In this document: positions 39,213-49,521 of the stretch, piece by piece | Position numbering within the stretch: the first letter of the stretch is position 1 | Layout of the letters: every line of letters starts with the position of its first letter | Assembly (NCBI GenBank): GCA_022797635.1 | Contig: JAAWKZ010000003.1 | Location: forward strand, 1,023 to 65,022 | Origin: Clostridia bacterium | Lineage (GTDB): Bacteria; Bacillota; Clostridia; TANB77; CAG-508 | Direction: 5' to 3' | Length of the DNA stretch: 64,000 nucleotides | Program-made: the position numbers and the translations under genes | Notes under the pieces: model-generated | What the model was told of the DNA's origin: nothing | The model's input: only the letters and a program-made list of their open reading frames with translations | The model's database searches: none

Positions 39213-39747
39213 ATGAAAAGAATTATTACCAGAATCATTTCTATGCTTATGTTATTAGCTACGTTTTATATTATATTTAGTTTTTCAGCACAAGATGGAA
39301 TAGAGTCAGGAAGCTTAAGCAATAAAGTTACCACCGTATTTGTACATCATTTTCCATATACGAAAAATTTAAGTATAGAAACACAGAACAAACTAATTGA
39401 ACATGGTGAACCAATAGTTAGAAAGCTAGCACATTTTTCAATTTATACAGTAGTGGGTATGTGCATTATGGCATTTCTTTGTACATTTCCCTTTAAATTA
39501 AGGACAAGGTTAGGATTAAGCCTATTAGTTGGATTTATCTATGCTATATCAGACGAATTTCATCAAAGCTTTGTACCACGGTAGAGGACCTTCTTGGAAA
39601 GATGTAGGGATAGATACAGCTGGAGTATTTTTAGGAATACTTATTATTCTAGCGATTGTTTCAATTTATATAGCATTAAAAAAAGATAATGAAGAAAAAG
39701 TAAAGATGAAACATTATATTTTTAAGAAGTCTAAGGAAGTAGGATAG
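39213..39747 (+). CDS. VanZ-like membrane protein; the reading frame is broken at in-frame CGG 39579-39581
   Basis: ORF 39213-39584 ends ...SDEFHQSFVPR-stop. The +1 frame from ggt 39580 reads GRGPSWKDVGIDTAGVFLGILI, giving the VanZ hallmark DEFHQxFVPGRxxxxxDV. Confidence 0.85.
39579..39582 (+). other. Frame-break site: in-frame CGG overlapping the +1 Gly codon GGT (cca-c-ggt); frame 0 hits TAG immediately
   Basis: cca cgg tag in frame 0. ggt aga gga cct tct tgg in frame +1. Confidence 0.85.
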
Positions 39748-39795
39748 AGTAGTAAGCTTTATAAATAAGTGATAGAAAAGAATTAGGAGAAAAAA

Positions 39796-40383
39796 ATGGT
39801 AAGAACAATAGTTGTATTTTTAATACGCACGTTTTGTTATATTGTATTTAGAGTAGGAAAAATAGGAAAGGAAAATGTACCAAAAACTGGGGCATATATT
39901 ATGTGTGCTAACCATACATCAAATTGGGATCCACCAATTATTGTAGCATGTACTAATAGAAAAATGCATATTATGGCAAAAGCAGAACTATTTAAAAATA
40001 AATTCATTTGTTGGTTTGCGGAGAAATGCTGGGTATTTCCAGTGAAAAGAGGCGGAAAAGATATTGAATCTATGAAGCATTCTTTAAAAGTTTTAAAAGA
40101 TGGTGAAATGTTAATGCTATTTCCAGAGGGAACTAGAAATGGAATGAGCAAAAATGGAAAAGCACAAAATGGTGCAGCATTTATGGCATTAAGGACTGGG
40201 GTACCAGTTATTCCTGTTGGTATTATTGGAGACATGAAGCCATTTCATAAAGTGACTTTAAATTACGGAAAGCCATTAGATTTTAGTGAATATAAGTCAA
40301 ATAAGCCAGAAAAAGACATTTTGGAAAAAGTAAGTCAAGAGATTATGGATAATATCATTATGTTGACAAATATTGAAAAGTAG
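39796..40383 (+). CDS. plsC: 1-acyl-sn-glycerol-3-phosphate acyltransferase
   Basis: 195 aa. Motifs NHTSNWDP (HX4D) and FPEGTR. Confidence 0.88.
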   Translation: MVRTIVVFLIRTFCYIVFRVGKIGKENVPKTGAYIMCANHTSNWDPPIIVACTNRKMHIMAKAELFKNKFICWFAEKCWVFPVKRGGKDIESMKHSLKVLKDGEMLMLFPEGTRNGMSKNGKAQNGAAFMALRTGVPVIPVGIIGDMKPFHKVTLNYGKPLDFSEYKSNKPEKDILEKVSQEIMDNIIMLTNIEK

Positions 40384-40500
40384 AGTATAATATACAAGTA
40401 TTTTTTGACCTAGTAAATGAGCCATTTTACTAGGTTATACTTTAGAAAAAATAAGATAAGTAATCACTTATTTTAATATAAATGTAAGGAGTAATCAAAA

Positions 40501-42324
40501 ATGAACAATCAAAATATCAGAAACATAGCAATTATTGCACACGTAGACCATGGAAAAACAACATTAGTAGATGCACTTTTAAGACAAAGTCATGTATTTA
40601 GAGAAAACGAACAAGTATCAGAAAGAATTATGGATTCAGGAGATATTGAAAAAGAAAGAGGAATTACTATTCTTTCTAAAAATACATCAGTTATGTATAA
40701 CAATATCAAAATCAATATTGTAGATACACCAGGACATGCTGACTTTGGTGGAGAAGTAGAACGTGTACTTAAAATGGTAGACGGTGTACTTCTATTAGTT
40801 GATGCTTTTGAAGGACCAATGCCTCAAACCAGAGAAGTGCTTAAAAAATCTTTAGCATTAAACTTAAAACCAATTGTGGTTATCAATAAAATTGATAGAC
40901 CAGGTGCAAATCCATTAAAAGTAGTTGACCAAGTATTAGAGCTATTTATTGAATTAAATGCAAATGATGAACAATTAGACTTCCCAGTAGTATATGCATC
41001 AGCTAAAAATGGAATTGCTAAAATGAGTTTAGAAGAAGAAAGCGATAATGTTACTTGTATTTTTGATACCATCATTAAAAATATCAATGCTCCAGCTTGT
41101 GAACAAGAAGGAACTTTACAAATGTTAGTTTCTAATATTGATTATGATGAATATTTAGGAAGATTAGCAGTAGGAAGAATTGAACGTGGAACAATTAAAG
41201 CAGGTATGAGTGTTGCGGTATGCAAAAAAGATGATAAAGTTGTTCAAGGCAAACTTGCAAAACTATTTACTTATGAAGGACTAAAAAGAGTAGAAGTAGA
41301 AGAAGCTTCAGCAGGTGACATTGTTTGTATTTCAGGTATTGCAGACATTAACATTGGTGAAACTGTATGTGATATGAATAACCCAGAAAAGATTGATTTC
41401 GTAGATATTGATGAACCTACTGTATCTATGACTTTTAGTGTTAACAATGGACCTTTAGCTGGTAAAGAAGGACAATTTATTACTTCTAGACATATTCGTG
41501 ATAGATTATTTAAAGAACTAGAAAGAAATGTTAGTTTACGTGTAAAGGAAACAGAAACTCCTGATAGTTTTGAAGTATGTGGACGTGGAGAATTACATTT
41601 ATCTGTATTGATTGAAACTATGAGAAGAGAAGGATTTGAACTTTTAGTATCTCGTCCAAAAGTTATCATTAAAGATATTGATGGTGTAAAATCTGAGCCA
41701 ATGGAAAGATTAGTAGTTAATGTACCTGATGATTGTATTGGTAATGTTATCGAAAAATTAGGTAGAAGAAAAGCTGAAATGCTAAATATGGAACCAGCAG
41801 AAGCTGGACATACTAAAGTAGAGTTCAAGATTCCTGCAAGAGGTTTGATTGGATATAGAACAGAATTCTTAACAGACACTAAAGGTGAAGGAACTATGAA
41901 CAGTATTTTTGATAGTTATGAGCCATTTAAGGGTGATATTCAAGCAAGAACAAGAGGAGTATTAGTAGCATTTGAACCAGGAACTTCTATTACTTATGGT
42001 CTATACAATGCACAAGAAAGAGGAGAACTTTTAATTGGTGCAGGTGTAGAAGTATATGAGGGAATGATAGTAGGTGTTAACTCTAGAAATGAAGATATTT
42101 CTATTAACGTATGTAAAGAGAAACATTTAACCAACACTAGAGCATCTGGATCAGATGATGCACTTCGTTTAGTTCCACCAATCCAAATGTCATTAGAAAA
42201 AGCAATTGAATTTATAGCAGAAGATGAACTTGTAGAAGTAACACCAAAAAATATTCGCTTAAGAAAGAAAATACTAGACAACAAAACAAGAGAAAGAATG
42301 GCAAGAAGAAGTAGTGCAGAATAA
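40501..42324 (+). CDS. typA: Translational GTPase TypA/BipA
   Basis: 607 aa. [30 protein letters not shown], and the BipA C-terminal domain. Confidence 0.96.
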   Translation: MNNQNIRNIAIIAHVDHGKTTLVDALLRQSHVFRENEQVSERIMDSGDIEKERGITILSKNTSVMYNNIKINIVDTPGHADFGGEVERVLKMVDGVLLLVDAFEGPMPQTREVLKKSLALNLKPIVVINKIDRPGANPLKVVDQVLELFIELNANDEQLDFPVVYASAKNGIAKMSLEEESDNVTCIFDTIIKNINAPACEQEGTLQMLVSNIDYDEYLGRLAVGRIERGTIKAGMSVAVCKKDDKVVQGKLAKLFTYEGLKRVEVEEASAGDIVCISGIADINIGETVCDMNNPEKIDFVDIDEPTVSMTFSVNNGPLAGKEGQFITSRHIRDRLFKELERNVSLRVKETETPDSFEVCGRGELHLSVLIETMRREGFELLVSRPKVIIKDIDGVKSEPMERLVVNVPDDCIGNVIEKLGRRKAEMLNMEPAEAGHTKVEFKIPARGLIGYRTEFLTDTKGEGTMNSIFDSYEPFKGDIQARTRGVLVAFEPGTSITYGLYNAQERGELLIGAGVEVYEGMIVGVNSRNEDISINVCKEKHLTNTRASGSDDALRLVPPIQMSLEKAIEFIAEDELVEVTPKNIRLRKKILDNKTRERMARRSSAE

Positions 42325-42335
42325 AGGAAAAGAAA

Positions 42336-42926
42336 ATGAATAAACAAGAATTAGAAAAAATCAAGCAACAAGCTTTAGAAGATCATATTCCCATTATTAT
42401 GGACGATACTTTAGACGTTGTAGCAAGGATTTTACAGGAAGTGAAACCTAGTATAATATTAGAAATTGGAACAGCAGTTGGCTATTCAGCCATCTGCTTT
42501 TCAGAATATTTAAAAGAAGATGGAAGAATAGATACCATTGAAAGAGAAGAAGAACGAGCAAAACAAGCAAGAGAAAATATAGAGAAGGCAGAAGTAGAAG
42601 ATAAAATTCAAATTTATGAAGGAGATGCAGTAGAGATTCTACCAACTTTGCAAGAAAGTTATGACGTTATTTTCATTGATGCCGCAAAAGGAAAATATCC
42701 TTTTTTTCTAGCACAAGCATTAAGAATGAGTCATAAAGGAACTGTTATTATAGCGGATAATGTGCTATATAAAGGATATGTTATGGGAGATTACAACAAA
42801 CACAAGCAGCGTACAGCAGTTAGAAATTTGAGAGAATATATTAAAGAAATAAGTAATAATGAATGTTTAGAAACAGAAATTTTAGAAGTAGGAGATGGAC
42901 TTGCGATATCTAAAATAATTAAATAA
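42336..42926 (+). CDS. Class I SAM-dependent O-methyltransferase, YrrM/TrmR-like
   Basis: 196 aa. ILEIGTAVGYSA (SAM motif I) and IFIDAAKGKY, in the caffeoyl-CoA-OMT-like family to which the B. subtilis tRNA mo5U methyltransferase TrmR belongs. Confidence 0.7.
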   Translation: MNKQELEKIKQQALEDHIPIIMDDTLDVVARILQEVKPSIILEIGTAVGYSAICFSEYLKEDGRIDTIEREEERAKQARENIEKAEVEDKIQIYEGDAVEILPTLQESYDVIFIDAAKGKYPFFLAQALRMSHKGTVIIADNVLYKGYVMGDYNKHKQRTAVRNLREYIKEISNNECLETEILEVGDGLAISKIIK

Positions 42927-42980
42927 AAGCATAATAGTATTATTTTCTTGTTACGAAAACAATATTATTTATGCTTTTTG

Positions 42981-43526
42981 TCAATTTAGATATCTTACAC
43001 AAGAAGCAATAGTATCTATAATAAAAGTGCAAGAAAGCAATTTAATAAATAGAGATTGTATACGATAAGGAATTCTAGATAAAACCCAATTCAATTTTTT
43101 CTTTAAAAAGGGATAGACGTGATTGATAAACAAAATAGCAATAATGCCCCAAGCAAAGGAATAGAAGATACTGATACGACCATTTAAATTCATGAATTCA
43201 CCTGTATAGTCCCACCAATGCATAGAAAATAGGGCATCTAATCCAAAGCTAACAATATATTCAAAAGCGGAGAAAATGATAGCAGCATGTATAAATAGAT
43301 GTAAATTTTTATGTTTATATTTATCTAAAAATAGAACGAGCATTAAAGCACCATAACCATAAATAGGACAAAGAGGACCATATAAAAAACCTCTTTTCAC
43401 AAAATAACCTAAAGTGAAAATAGCGTAAATAGTTTCCATAAGCCAACCCATAAAAGCAAATACAAAAAAATATAAAATATAGGTTTGAACTCTAGAGAGT
43501 CTTACTTGATTTTTAGTTTGTTTCAT
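42981..43526 (-). CDS. Small polytopic membrane protein (CmpB-like, the family annotated as putative ABC-transporter type IV)
   Basis: 181 aa. GWLMETIY ... RGFLYGPLCPIYGYG motif and 4-5 TM helices. Confidence 0.6.
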   Translation of the reverse strand: MKQTKNQVRLSRVQTYILYFFVFAFMGWLMETIYAIFTLGYFVKRGFLYGPLCPIYGYGALMLVLFLDKYKHKNLHLFIHAAIIFSAFEYIVSFGLDALFSMHWWDYTGEFMNLNGRISIFYSFAWGIIAILFINHVYPFLKKKLNWVLSRIPYRIQSLFIKLLSCTFIIDTIASCVRYLN

Positions 43527-43614
43527 ATAAGTTAATCTCCTTTTATTGCTGTTATCATATCAGATTTTTAGTGGTTTGTAAACAAAATGTATATTTCTTA
43601 TTATATACATTTTA

Positions 43615-43643
43615 TTGACTAAGGTATATAAAAATTGTATAAT
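43615..43643 (+). promoter_or_regulatory. Putative sigma-A promoter of the U32 peptidase gene
   Basis: TTGACT (43615-43620), 17-nt spacer, TATAAT (43638-43643). Confidence 0.55.
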
Positions 43644-43678
43644 AGATGGCGATAGAATAAGAAATGGAGAAACGAAAA

Positions 43679-44920
43679 ATGGAAATAAAAAACAAACCAG
43701 AATTATTAGCACCAGCAGGTTCCTTTGAAAAAGCTAAAACTGCTTTTTTATATGGAGCAGATGCAGTTTATTGTGGTACTGGTACTTTATCATTAAGAAG
43801 TAGAGCAGAAGTAGATAACAATGATTTAGCAAAAACAATTGAATATGCACATAGTATAGGGAAGAAAGTGTATGCAGCTATTAATATATATGCATGGGAT
43901 ACCTATTATGAAGAAATTAAAAAGCAAGCGAAAATGTTAAATGAGTTAAAAGTAGATGCGATTATTGCTTCAGATGGTGGAGTAATGGAAGTTTTAAAAG
44001 AATATGCACCAGATGTAGAAATTCATGTTAGCACACAAGCAAATACAGTAAGCTATCATGCAACTAATTTTTGGTATAAAAATGGAGCTAAAAGGGTTAT
44101 TCTAGGAAGAGAATTGAATAAAGAACAAATTAGAGAAATTATGAAGAACAGAAATCCAGAGATAGATGTTGAAATGTTTATACATGGAGCAATTTGTTTT
44201 GGATATTCAGGAAGATGTTTCTTAAGTGATTTCTTAGCAAGTAGAAGTGCTAATTTAGGAGACTGTGCACAAAGCTGTAGATGGGCATACAATGTATATG
44301 TAGAGGAGCATAACAATCCTGGAAATTTAATGCCAGTAGAACATGATGACAATGGAACATATATTTTTTCTTCTAAAGATATGTGCTTGGTTAAGGAGAT
44401 TCCAGAAATTATTGAACTTGGTGTAAATAGCTTAAAAATAGAAGGAAGATTGAAAACAGAATATTATTTGGCTTCTGTAGTAAATGCCTATCGTAATGCA
44501 ATTGATGATTATCTAAAAGATCCAGAACATTATGATTATACCAAATACTTAAGAGAATTAGAAAAGACGAAAACAAGAGGCTTAACAACTTTTTATTTTA
44601 ATGATAGAGATAATAAAGATTTTCAAGAATATGAAGGAAAACAATATAACCCAGATTATGAGTTCGGTGGTAAGGTATTAGAAAATATAGAGAATAGAAA
44701 ATATCTAATCGAAATAAGAAACAAGTTAACAGTAGGAGATACTATGGAAGTTCTAATTCCAGGAGAAATAGAACCAGTAACTTTTGAAATTCAAGATTTA
44801 TGGGACACAGAAACAAAAGAAAGAATAGAAACTATTAACCCAGGAAAAGCAGGACAAACTGTTTTAATGGAATTGCCAATTGAAGTAGAAAATGGATGGA
44901 TTTTAAGAAGAAAAAAATAG
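43679..44920 (+). CDS. Peptidase U32 family protein (TrhP/YrrN-YrrO-like)
   Basis: MEIKNKPELLAPAG start at 43679 with ggag 9 nt upstream; the track start at 43664 lies too close to the -10 box. U32 core EIHVSTQAN and E..HGA.C..YSGRC.LS. Confidence 0.85.
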   Translation: MEIKNKPELLAPAGSFEKAKTAFLYGADAVYCGTGTLSLRSRAEVDNNDLAKTIEYAHSIGKKVYAAINIYAWDTYYEEIKKQAKMLNELKVDAIIASDGGVMEVLKEYAPDVEIHVSTQANTVSYHATNFWYKNGAKRVILGRELNKEQIREIMKNRNPEIDVEMFIHGAICFGYSGRCFLSDFLASRSANLGDCAQSCRWAYNVYVEEHNNPGNLMPVEHDDNGTYIFSSKDMCLVKEIPEIIELGVNSLKIEGRLKTEYYLASVVNAYRNAIDDYLKDPEHYDYTKYLRELEKTKTRGLTTFYFNDRDNKDFQEYEGKQYNPDYEFGGKVLENIENRKYLIEIRNKLTVGDTMEVLIPGEIEPVTFEIQDLWDTETKERIETINPGKAGQTVLMELPIEVENGWILRRKK

Positions 44921-44928
44921 AATAAGGG

Positions 44929-44968
44929 AAATCCTATAGAAAAGAATTGATTTCTATAGGATTTTATT
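44929..44968 (+). terminator. Rho-independent terminator
   Basis: 14-bp perfect stem aaatcctatagaaa / tttctataggattt with an 8-nt loop and a T-rich tail. Confidence 0.8.
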
Positions 44969-44993
44969 ATATAATACAACTTGCAAATAAATT

Positions 44994-45085
44994 GGAGTGG
45001 TATCGAAGTGGTCATAACGAGCTGCACTGGAACTGCAGTACCTTCTTTTTGGGGGCCGTGGGTTCGAATCCCACTCACTCCGCCA
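44994..45085 (+). tRNA. tRNA-Ser (anticodon GGA), long variable arm
   Basis: Acceptor GGAGTGG/TCACTCC, anticodon stem CTGCA/TGCAG with loop CTGGAAC, a ~20-nt variable arm, T-arm GTGGGTTCGAATCCCAC, encoded CCA. Confidence 0.88.
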
Positions 45086-45149
45086 GAATGATAAGCCATG
45101 CAAGAAATGAAATAACTTGTGTGGTTTCTTTTATGAAAGATAGGAAAAT

Positions 45150-46199
45150 ATGAAAGAAGAATTAGAAGTAATAGTAGAACCATTACTAGAATGGTATCAG
45201 GAAAATAGAAGAATACTCCCATGGAGAGAAAACAAAAATCCTTATTGCATTTGGGTTTCAGAAATTATGTTACAACAAACTAGAATAGAAGCGGTAAAGC
45301 GATATTATGCACGTTTTATAAAAGAATTACCAACAATTCAAGATTTAGCAAATGTGCCAGAAGAAAAATTACTAAAACTATGGGAGGGACTAGGATATTA
45401 TAACAGGGCTAGAAATTTACAAAAAGCTGCTAAAACTATAGAAGAAAAATATAATAGGAAGATGCCAAATACTTATACAGAGTTAATTACTTTATCAGGA
45501 ATTGGTGAGTATACAGCAGGAGCTATTGCTTCTATTACATATAATGAAAGAATACCAGCAGTAGATGGAAATGTATTAAGAGTGATTTCAAGAGTATTAG
45601 CTAGTAACAAAGATGTACTGTTGCTTGAAACTAAAAAAGAGGTGACAGAGAGATTAAAAAATCTTATGCAAAATCAAACAAAAGATTTTCAATCAGGAGA
45701 TTTTAATGAGGCATTAATGGAATTAGGAGAATTAATATGTTTGCCAAATGGAGAACCTAATTGCCAAGAATGTCCTTTACAAAAGAATTGTATTGCACAT
45801 AAGAAGGGATTAACACAAAAGCTTCCAAGAAGAGAGAAAAAGCTAAAACGAAAAGAAGAAGATAAAACGATTTTTCTATTAGTAAGTCAAAAAGGAAAAA
45901 TAGCGATTAGAAAAAGAGATGAAAAAGGTGTATTAAATGGAATGTATGAACTTCCTAATAGTATGGGAAAGATAGAAAGTTTAGAAAAGATAAAAGAAGT
46001 ATTAGAACAATGGAATTTAAATAGTACAAACATAGAAAATATAGGAGAATATCAGCATATTTTTACACATATCACCTGGAAGATGATAACATACAGGATA
46101 AGAGTAGAAAAAGAAAATGAAGAATTTATTTGGGTATCAAAAGAGCAGTTAGAAAAAGACTATGCTTTGCCAACTGCTTTTAAAAAGATTATAAAATAG
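45150..46199 (+). CDS. mutY: A/G-specific adenine DNA glycosylase MutY
   Basis: 349 aa. PWRENKNPYCIWVSEIMLQQT, HhH GIGEYTAGAI, a 4-Cys cluster C..P.C..CP....C, and a NUDIX-like C-terminal domain. Confidence 0.92.
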   Translation: MKEELEVIVEPLLEWYQENRRILPWRENKNPYCIWVSEIMLQQTRIEAVKRYYARFIKELPTIQDLANVPEEKLLKLWEGLGYYNRARNLQKAAKTIEEKYNRKMPNTYTELITLSGIGEYTAGAIASITYNERIPAVDGNVLRVISRVLASNKDVLLLETKKEVTERLKNLMQNQTKDFQSGDFNEALMELGELICLPNGEPNCQECPLQKNCIAHKKGLTQKLPRREKKLKRKEEDKTIFLLVSQKGKIAIRKRDEKGVLNGMYELPNSMGKIESLEKIKEVLEQWNLNSTNIENIGEYQHIFTHITWKMITYRIRVEKENEEFIWVSKEQLEKDYALPTAFKKIIK

Positions 46200-46200
46200 G

Positions 46201-46229
46201 ACAGAGTGTAATGAAATATTACACTCTGT
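46201..46229. terminator. Bidirectional terminator hairpin between convergent mutY and coaD
   Basis: 12-bp perfect palindrome arms acagagtgtaat / attacactctgt with a 5-nt loop. Confidence 0.6.
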
Positions 46230-46695
46230 TCGAACTTATTAATTTAAAAACAGGTTCAGGCAAGTAGCGAGATACATCTTTGCCATAGTGGACTAACTCC
46301 ATAACCATACTAGAACTAATAAAACCAAGAACACCAGAACGAAAATAAATGGTATCTAGTCCTGAAATTTCTTCATTGATTTGAGCTAGATTTTCTTCAA
46401 AGGCATAATCTGTATCATTTCTGAGTCCGCGAATTAAAAAGTTAGCATGATATTTCTCTGCTATTTCAACAGTTAATTCTTGATAAGCAATAACTTCAGC
46501 GTTTGTAATATTTTCATTTGCTAAAGTTTCTTCTATTGCTAACTTCATTTGTTCAATATTATAATTTTTGCTTTTATTGCTATTTATTCCAATTCCTACA
46601 ATTACTTTATCAAAAATTTGACAAGAAGCTTTTACAATATGTAAATGTCCATTAGTAAAAGGGTCAAAACTTCCTGAATAAAAACCTACTTTCAT
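46219..46695 (-). CDS. coaD: Phosphopantetheine adenylyltransferase
   Basis: 158 aa. YSGSFDPFTNGHLHIV and FLIRGLRNDTDYAFE. Confidence 0.93.
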   Translation of the reverse strand: MKVGFYSGSFDPFTNGHLHIVKASCQIFDKVIVGIGINSNKSKNYNIEQMKLAIEETLANENITNAEVIAYQELTVEIAEKYHANFLIRGLRNDTDYAFEENLAQINEEISGLDTIYFRSGVLGFISSSMVMELVHYGKDVSRYLPEPVFKLISSNRV

Positions 46696-46812
46696 TTTTT
46701 ATCACTCCTTTAATACATAATATCTTATTAGATATCATTTCTTTTGTCAATTATTTTTAGAATAAGTAAAACTGGCAACTTAAATTTTTTTGTAAAATTT
46801 GTATAAAATCTA

Positions 46813-46841
46813 TTGCACTTGTCTATCATATATACTATAAT
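46813..46841 (+). promoter_or_regulatory. Putative sigma-A promoter of tRNA-Asn
   Basis: TTGCAC (46813-46818), 17-nt spacer, TATAAT (46836-46841), 16 nt before the tRNA. Confidence 0.6.
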
Positions 46842-46857
46842 TATTAAAGTTAAATAT

Positions 46858-46933
46858 TCTCCGTTAGCTCAGTTGGTAGAGCGCTCGGCTGTTAACCGAT
46901 AGGTCGTTGGTTCGAGTCCAACACGGAGAGCCA
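46858..46933 (+). tRNA. tRNA-Asn (anticodon GTT)
   Basis: Acceptor TCTCCGT/ACGGAGA, anticodon loop CTGTTAA, T-arm GTTGGTTCGAGTCCAAC, encoded CCA. Confidence 0.9.
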
Positions 46934-46942
46934 TGAAAAAAA

Positions 46943-46979
46943 TCAAGACTTTTAACGAATACTAGTCTTGACTTTTTTG
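46943..46979 (+). terminator. Rho-independent terminator after tRNA-Asn
   Basis: Stem tcaagact / agtcttga with a 13-nt loop and tttttt. Confidence 0.75.
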
Positions 46980-47047
46980 TAAGAATAGCAACAAATTAAG
47001 CACTAAAATATGTAGAAGGAAAATAGAAAATAAAGGAGCGAGAAAAT

Positions 47048-48790
47048 ATGGAAATAAATCCAACAGCCAAAACTATAAAAGAGTTATTTTTATCTGGAAG
47101 GAAGTTCGTAATACCTAGGTTTCAAAGAGAATACTGTTGGAATAAGGAAATATCTAAGAGTTTTTTATGGGACATATTAAAACAATTTGATATACAAGAA
47201 GGAGAAATAAAGACACAAGTTTATTTTTTGGGTACAATGCTATTTATTGGTGATTATTATGATGGAACAGAAGATGAAATATATGTTGTAGATGGACAAC
47301 AAAGATTAACTACTATTACTATTTTATTTTCAGCAATATCAGATAAGTTTATGAGTTTAAATCAGGAAACATTAAGTAAAGAGATTTTTAAATACATAAT
47401 GACTACTAACGATAATGGGGAAGAAGTAAGAATTTTAAGAAGTAATACTCATTATCCATATTTTGCTTATTATATACAATTGCAAAAGAAAGAATACAAA
47501 GTAGAGGCTTGTACAGAGGAAGAGAAAAATATATTTGAAATTTATAATTTATTTAGTAATCTTTTAGAAGAAGAAACTATGAAAAAAGAACTAAAAAAGA
47601 GATACGATGCAAGTTTGGTAGATCGAATAGAATATATTGATTTATTAAAAGCTTTGAGAGATCAAGTACTAAAGTGTATTTTTGTTTCAATATCAACAAA
47701 AGAGAAACAGCATGCTAATGAAATCTTTGAAATATTGAATTCAAAAGGTAAACAATTAAAAGCAATTGATATCATAAAAAATGATATATTTAGTATACTG
47801 CAACAAGAAGAACCAGTGGATATGGCTGAAGATAAATGGAAAAAGATTAAAGAAATATTAAACAGTAAAAATGAACATGTTGAAATAGAGGTGTTTTTTA
47901 GACATTTTTGGATATCAAAGTATAAGAAAGTATCACAAAAAAGTATTGTAGATGAATTTAAGAGGACTATTAAAACAGAAGAAGAGTGTACAAGACTGCT
48001 AGATGAATTAATTTACGAAGCTAAAAATTATATTAAAATATTAAATCCTAATAGAGAAGATTATAGTAATAAAAAGCAATATTATTGGCTTGTACAAAGC
48101 TTAAAATGTATAGGAGAGTTTTTTAATATTGTACAAGTTAGAATTGTATTATTAGCATTATTTTATTTAAAAGATAATGAATTAATTGATATGAAAGAAT
48201 TTAAAAAGACAATTAATTTTTTGGAATATTTTCATTTTATATATAATTCAGTATGTTCATTTAGTACAAATAAATTAGAAAAAATTTACTCTGTCTTCTC
48301 CGTAAGAGTAAGAAACTGTAAAAATAAAATCGAAGTTGTAAAAACTATTAGAGAATCATTAATAGATCCTTTGAAGAAAATCTTACCAAAATATGAAGAC
48401 TTTGAAGTTAAATTTATAGAACTTAGTTATAGTAAAAAAGAGAATGTATCTAATGTAAAAACTAAATATGCAATCAATAAAATAAATTGTATCTTAGAGG
48501 GGAAAGAGATATTTGAAGATGAATGTAATATAGAGCACATAATTCCAGAGAATGAAGAGGAGATAACAAAGAATATAGGGAATTTAATACTTTTAGAAAT
48601 GAAATTAAATGGAGAAGCAGATGATAAGAAATATCAGGATAAAATAGAGTGCTACAAAAAAACCAAGCTGAACTGGGTTTTGAATTTTATTAGAAAATAT
48701 CCTAATTGGGAAAGATCATATATAGAATCAAGAGCAAAAGAGATGGCGAAAATTTTATATGACCAAATTAAAATGGAAAATATTGTCTAA
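47048..48790 (+). CDS. DUF262 + DUF1524 two-domain nuclease (GmrSD-like type IV restriction / defence protein)
   Basis: 580 aa. N-terminal DUF262 motifs IPRFQREYCW and VVDGQQRLTTI. C-terminal His-Me finger-like NIEHIIPEN ... GNLILLEMKLNGEADDKKY. Confidence 0.8.
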   Translation: MEINPTAKTIKELFLSGRKFVIPRFQREYCWNKEISKSFLWDILKQFDIQEGEIKTQVYFLGTMLFIGDYYDGTEDEIYVVDGQQRLTTITILFSAISDKFMSLNQETLSKEIFKYIMTTNDNGEEVRILRSNTHYPYFAYYIQLQKKEYKVEACTEEEKNIFEIYNLFSNLLEEETMKKELKKRYDASLVDRIEYIDLLKALRDQVLKCIFVSISTKEKQHANEIFEILNSKGKQLKAIDIIKNDIFSILQQEEPVDMAEDKWKKIKEILNSKNEHVEIEVFFRHFWISKYKKVSQKSIVDEFKRTIKTEEECTRLLDELIYEAKNYIKILNPNREDYSNKKQYYWLVQSLKCIGEFFNIVQVRIVLLALFYLKDNELIDMKEFKKTINFLEYFHFIYNSVCSFSTNKLEKIYSVFSVRVRNCKNKIEVVKTIRESLIDPLKKILPKYEDFEVKFIELSYSKKENVSNVKTKYAINKINCILEGKEIFEDECNIEHIIPENEEEITKNIGNLILLEMKLNGEADDKKYQDKIECYKKTKLNWVLNFIRKYPNWERSYIESRAKEMAKILYDQIKMENIV

Positions 48791-48864
48791 AAATATTGAA
48801 AATAAAAATGGCTAATGGTATAATACAAAAGAATTAATTATACAAAAGAAGGAGGAAAAGAGCT

Positions 48865-49113
48865 ATGATAGGTGTTATCTCTTTTGGAATAAGCGTTATA
48901 GGTGTTATGATGTCTTTTTTTGACAGTGTTAGATTACCAGCATTTATTGTTGCTATTGTAGGAATTATTGTATCAATTCTTTCTGCATACTATAAAGATG
49001 AAAAAGAATTGAAAGATCCATCAAAAAAAGATTCAAGAGCATTAGAAGTAGGAGCAATTATTCTTTCAGGTGCTACTTGTGTAGTATATTTTGTTAATTT
49101 ATTAATTGCATAA
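48865..49113 (+). CDS. Small two-TM membrane protein, unknown function
   Basis: 82 aa with SD aaggagga. Two hydrophobic helices flank a charged loop. Confidence 0.5.
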   Translation: MIGVISFGISVIGVMMSFFDSVRLPAFIVAIVGIIVSILSAYYKDEKELKDPSKKDSRALEVGAIILSGATCVVYFVNLLIA

Positions 49114-49160
49114 ATTAAATAATAAAAAAGGGTTTTTAAACAAATTGAAACTCTTTTTTA

Positions 49161-49517
49161 TTATTTTAAATTGTTAAAAATAAAGCTAATTAGTAATAAA
49201 CAAATAAAAATAAAAGAATATTTTTCAAAAAAAAGTAAAAGGTGAGGAATATAAGAAAAACGATTTTGCATAAAGTCCTTTAAAAGCATAAAGATAAGGA
49301 ATATGAAAAAAAGTAAAAGGGGAATACTTAATAAATTTTGATAGCAAGCTTCTAAAAAATTAAAATGTAAAATTGCTTCAAAAGCTCTTGTCATTCCACA
49401 AGCAGGACAAGAAATACCAGTAACTGTTTTTAAAAGACAAGTTACTGGCATAACTGCTACTAAACTTAAAAAACTAATTAAAATTAATATTATCAATCCG
49501 TTTTTTAGTCTATTCAT
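49161..49517 (-). CDS. DUF2752-like membrane protein
   Basis: 118 aa. CPACGMTRA motif after the first TM helix. Confidence 0.65.
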   Translation of the reverse strand: MNRLKNGLIILILISFLSLVAVMPVTCLLKTVTGISCPACGMTRAFEAILHFNFLEACYQNLLSIPLLLFFIFLIFMLLKDFMQNRFSYIPHLLLFFEKYSFIFICLLLISFIFNNLK

Positions 49518-49521
49518 CTAT

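Noticed and set aside
44791-45222. ORFs 44791-45222 (-) and 44947-45153 (+).
   Set aside because: They span a terminator hairpin and the tRNA-Ser(GGA) gene, so they are not coding.
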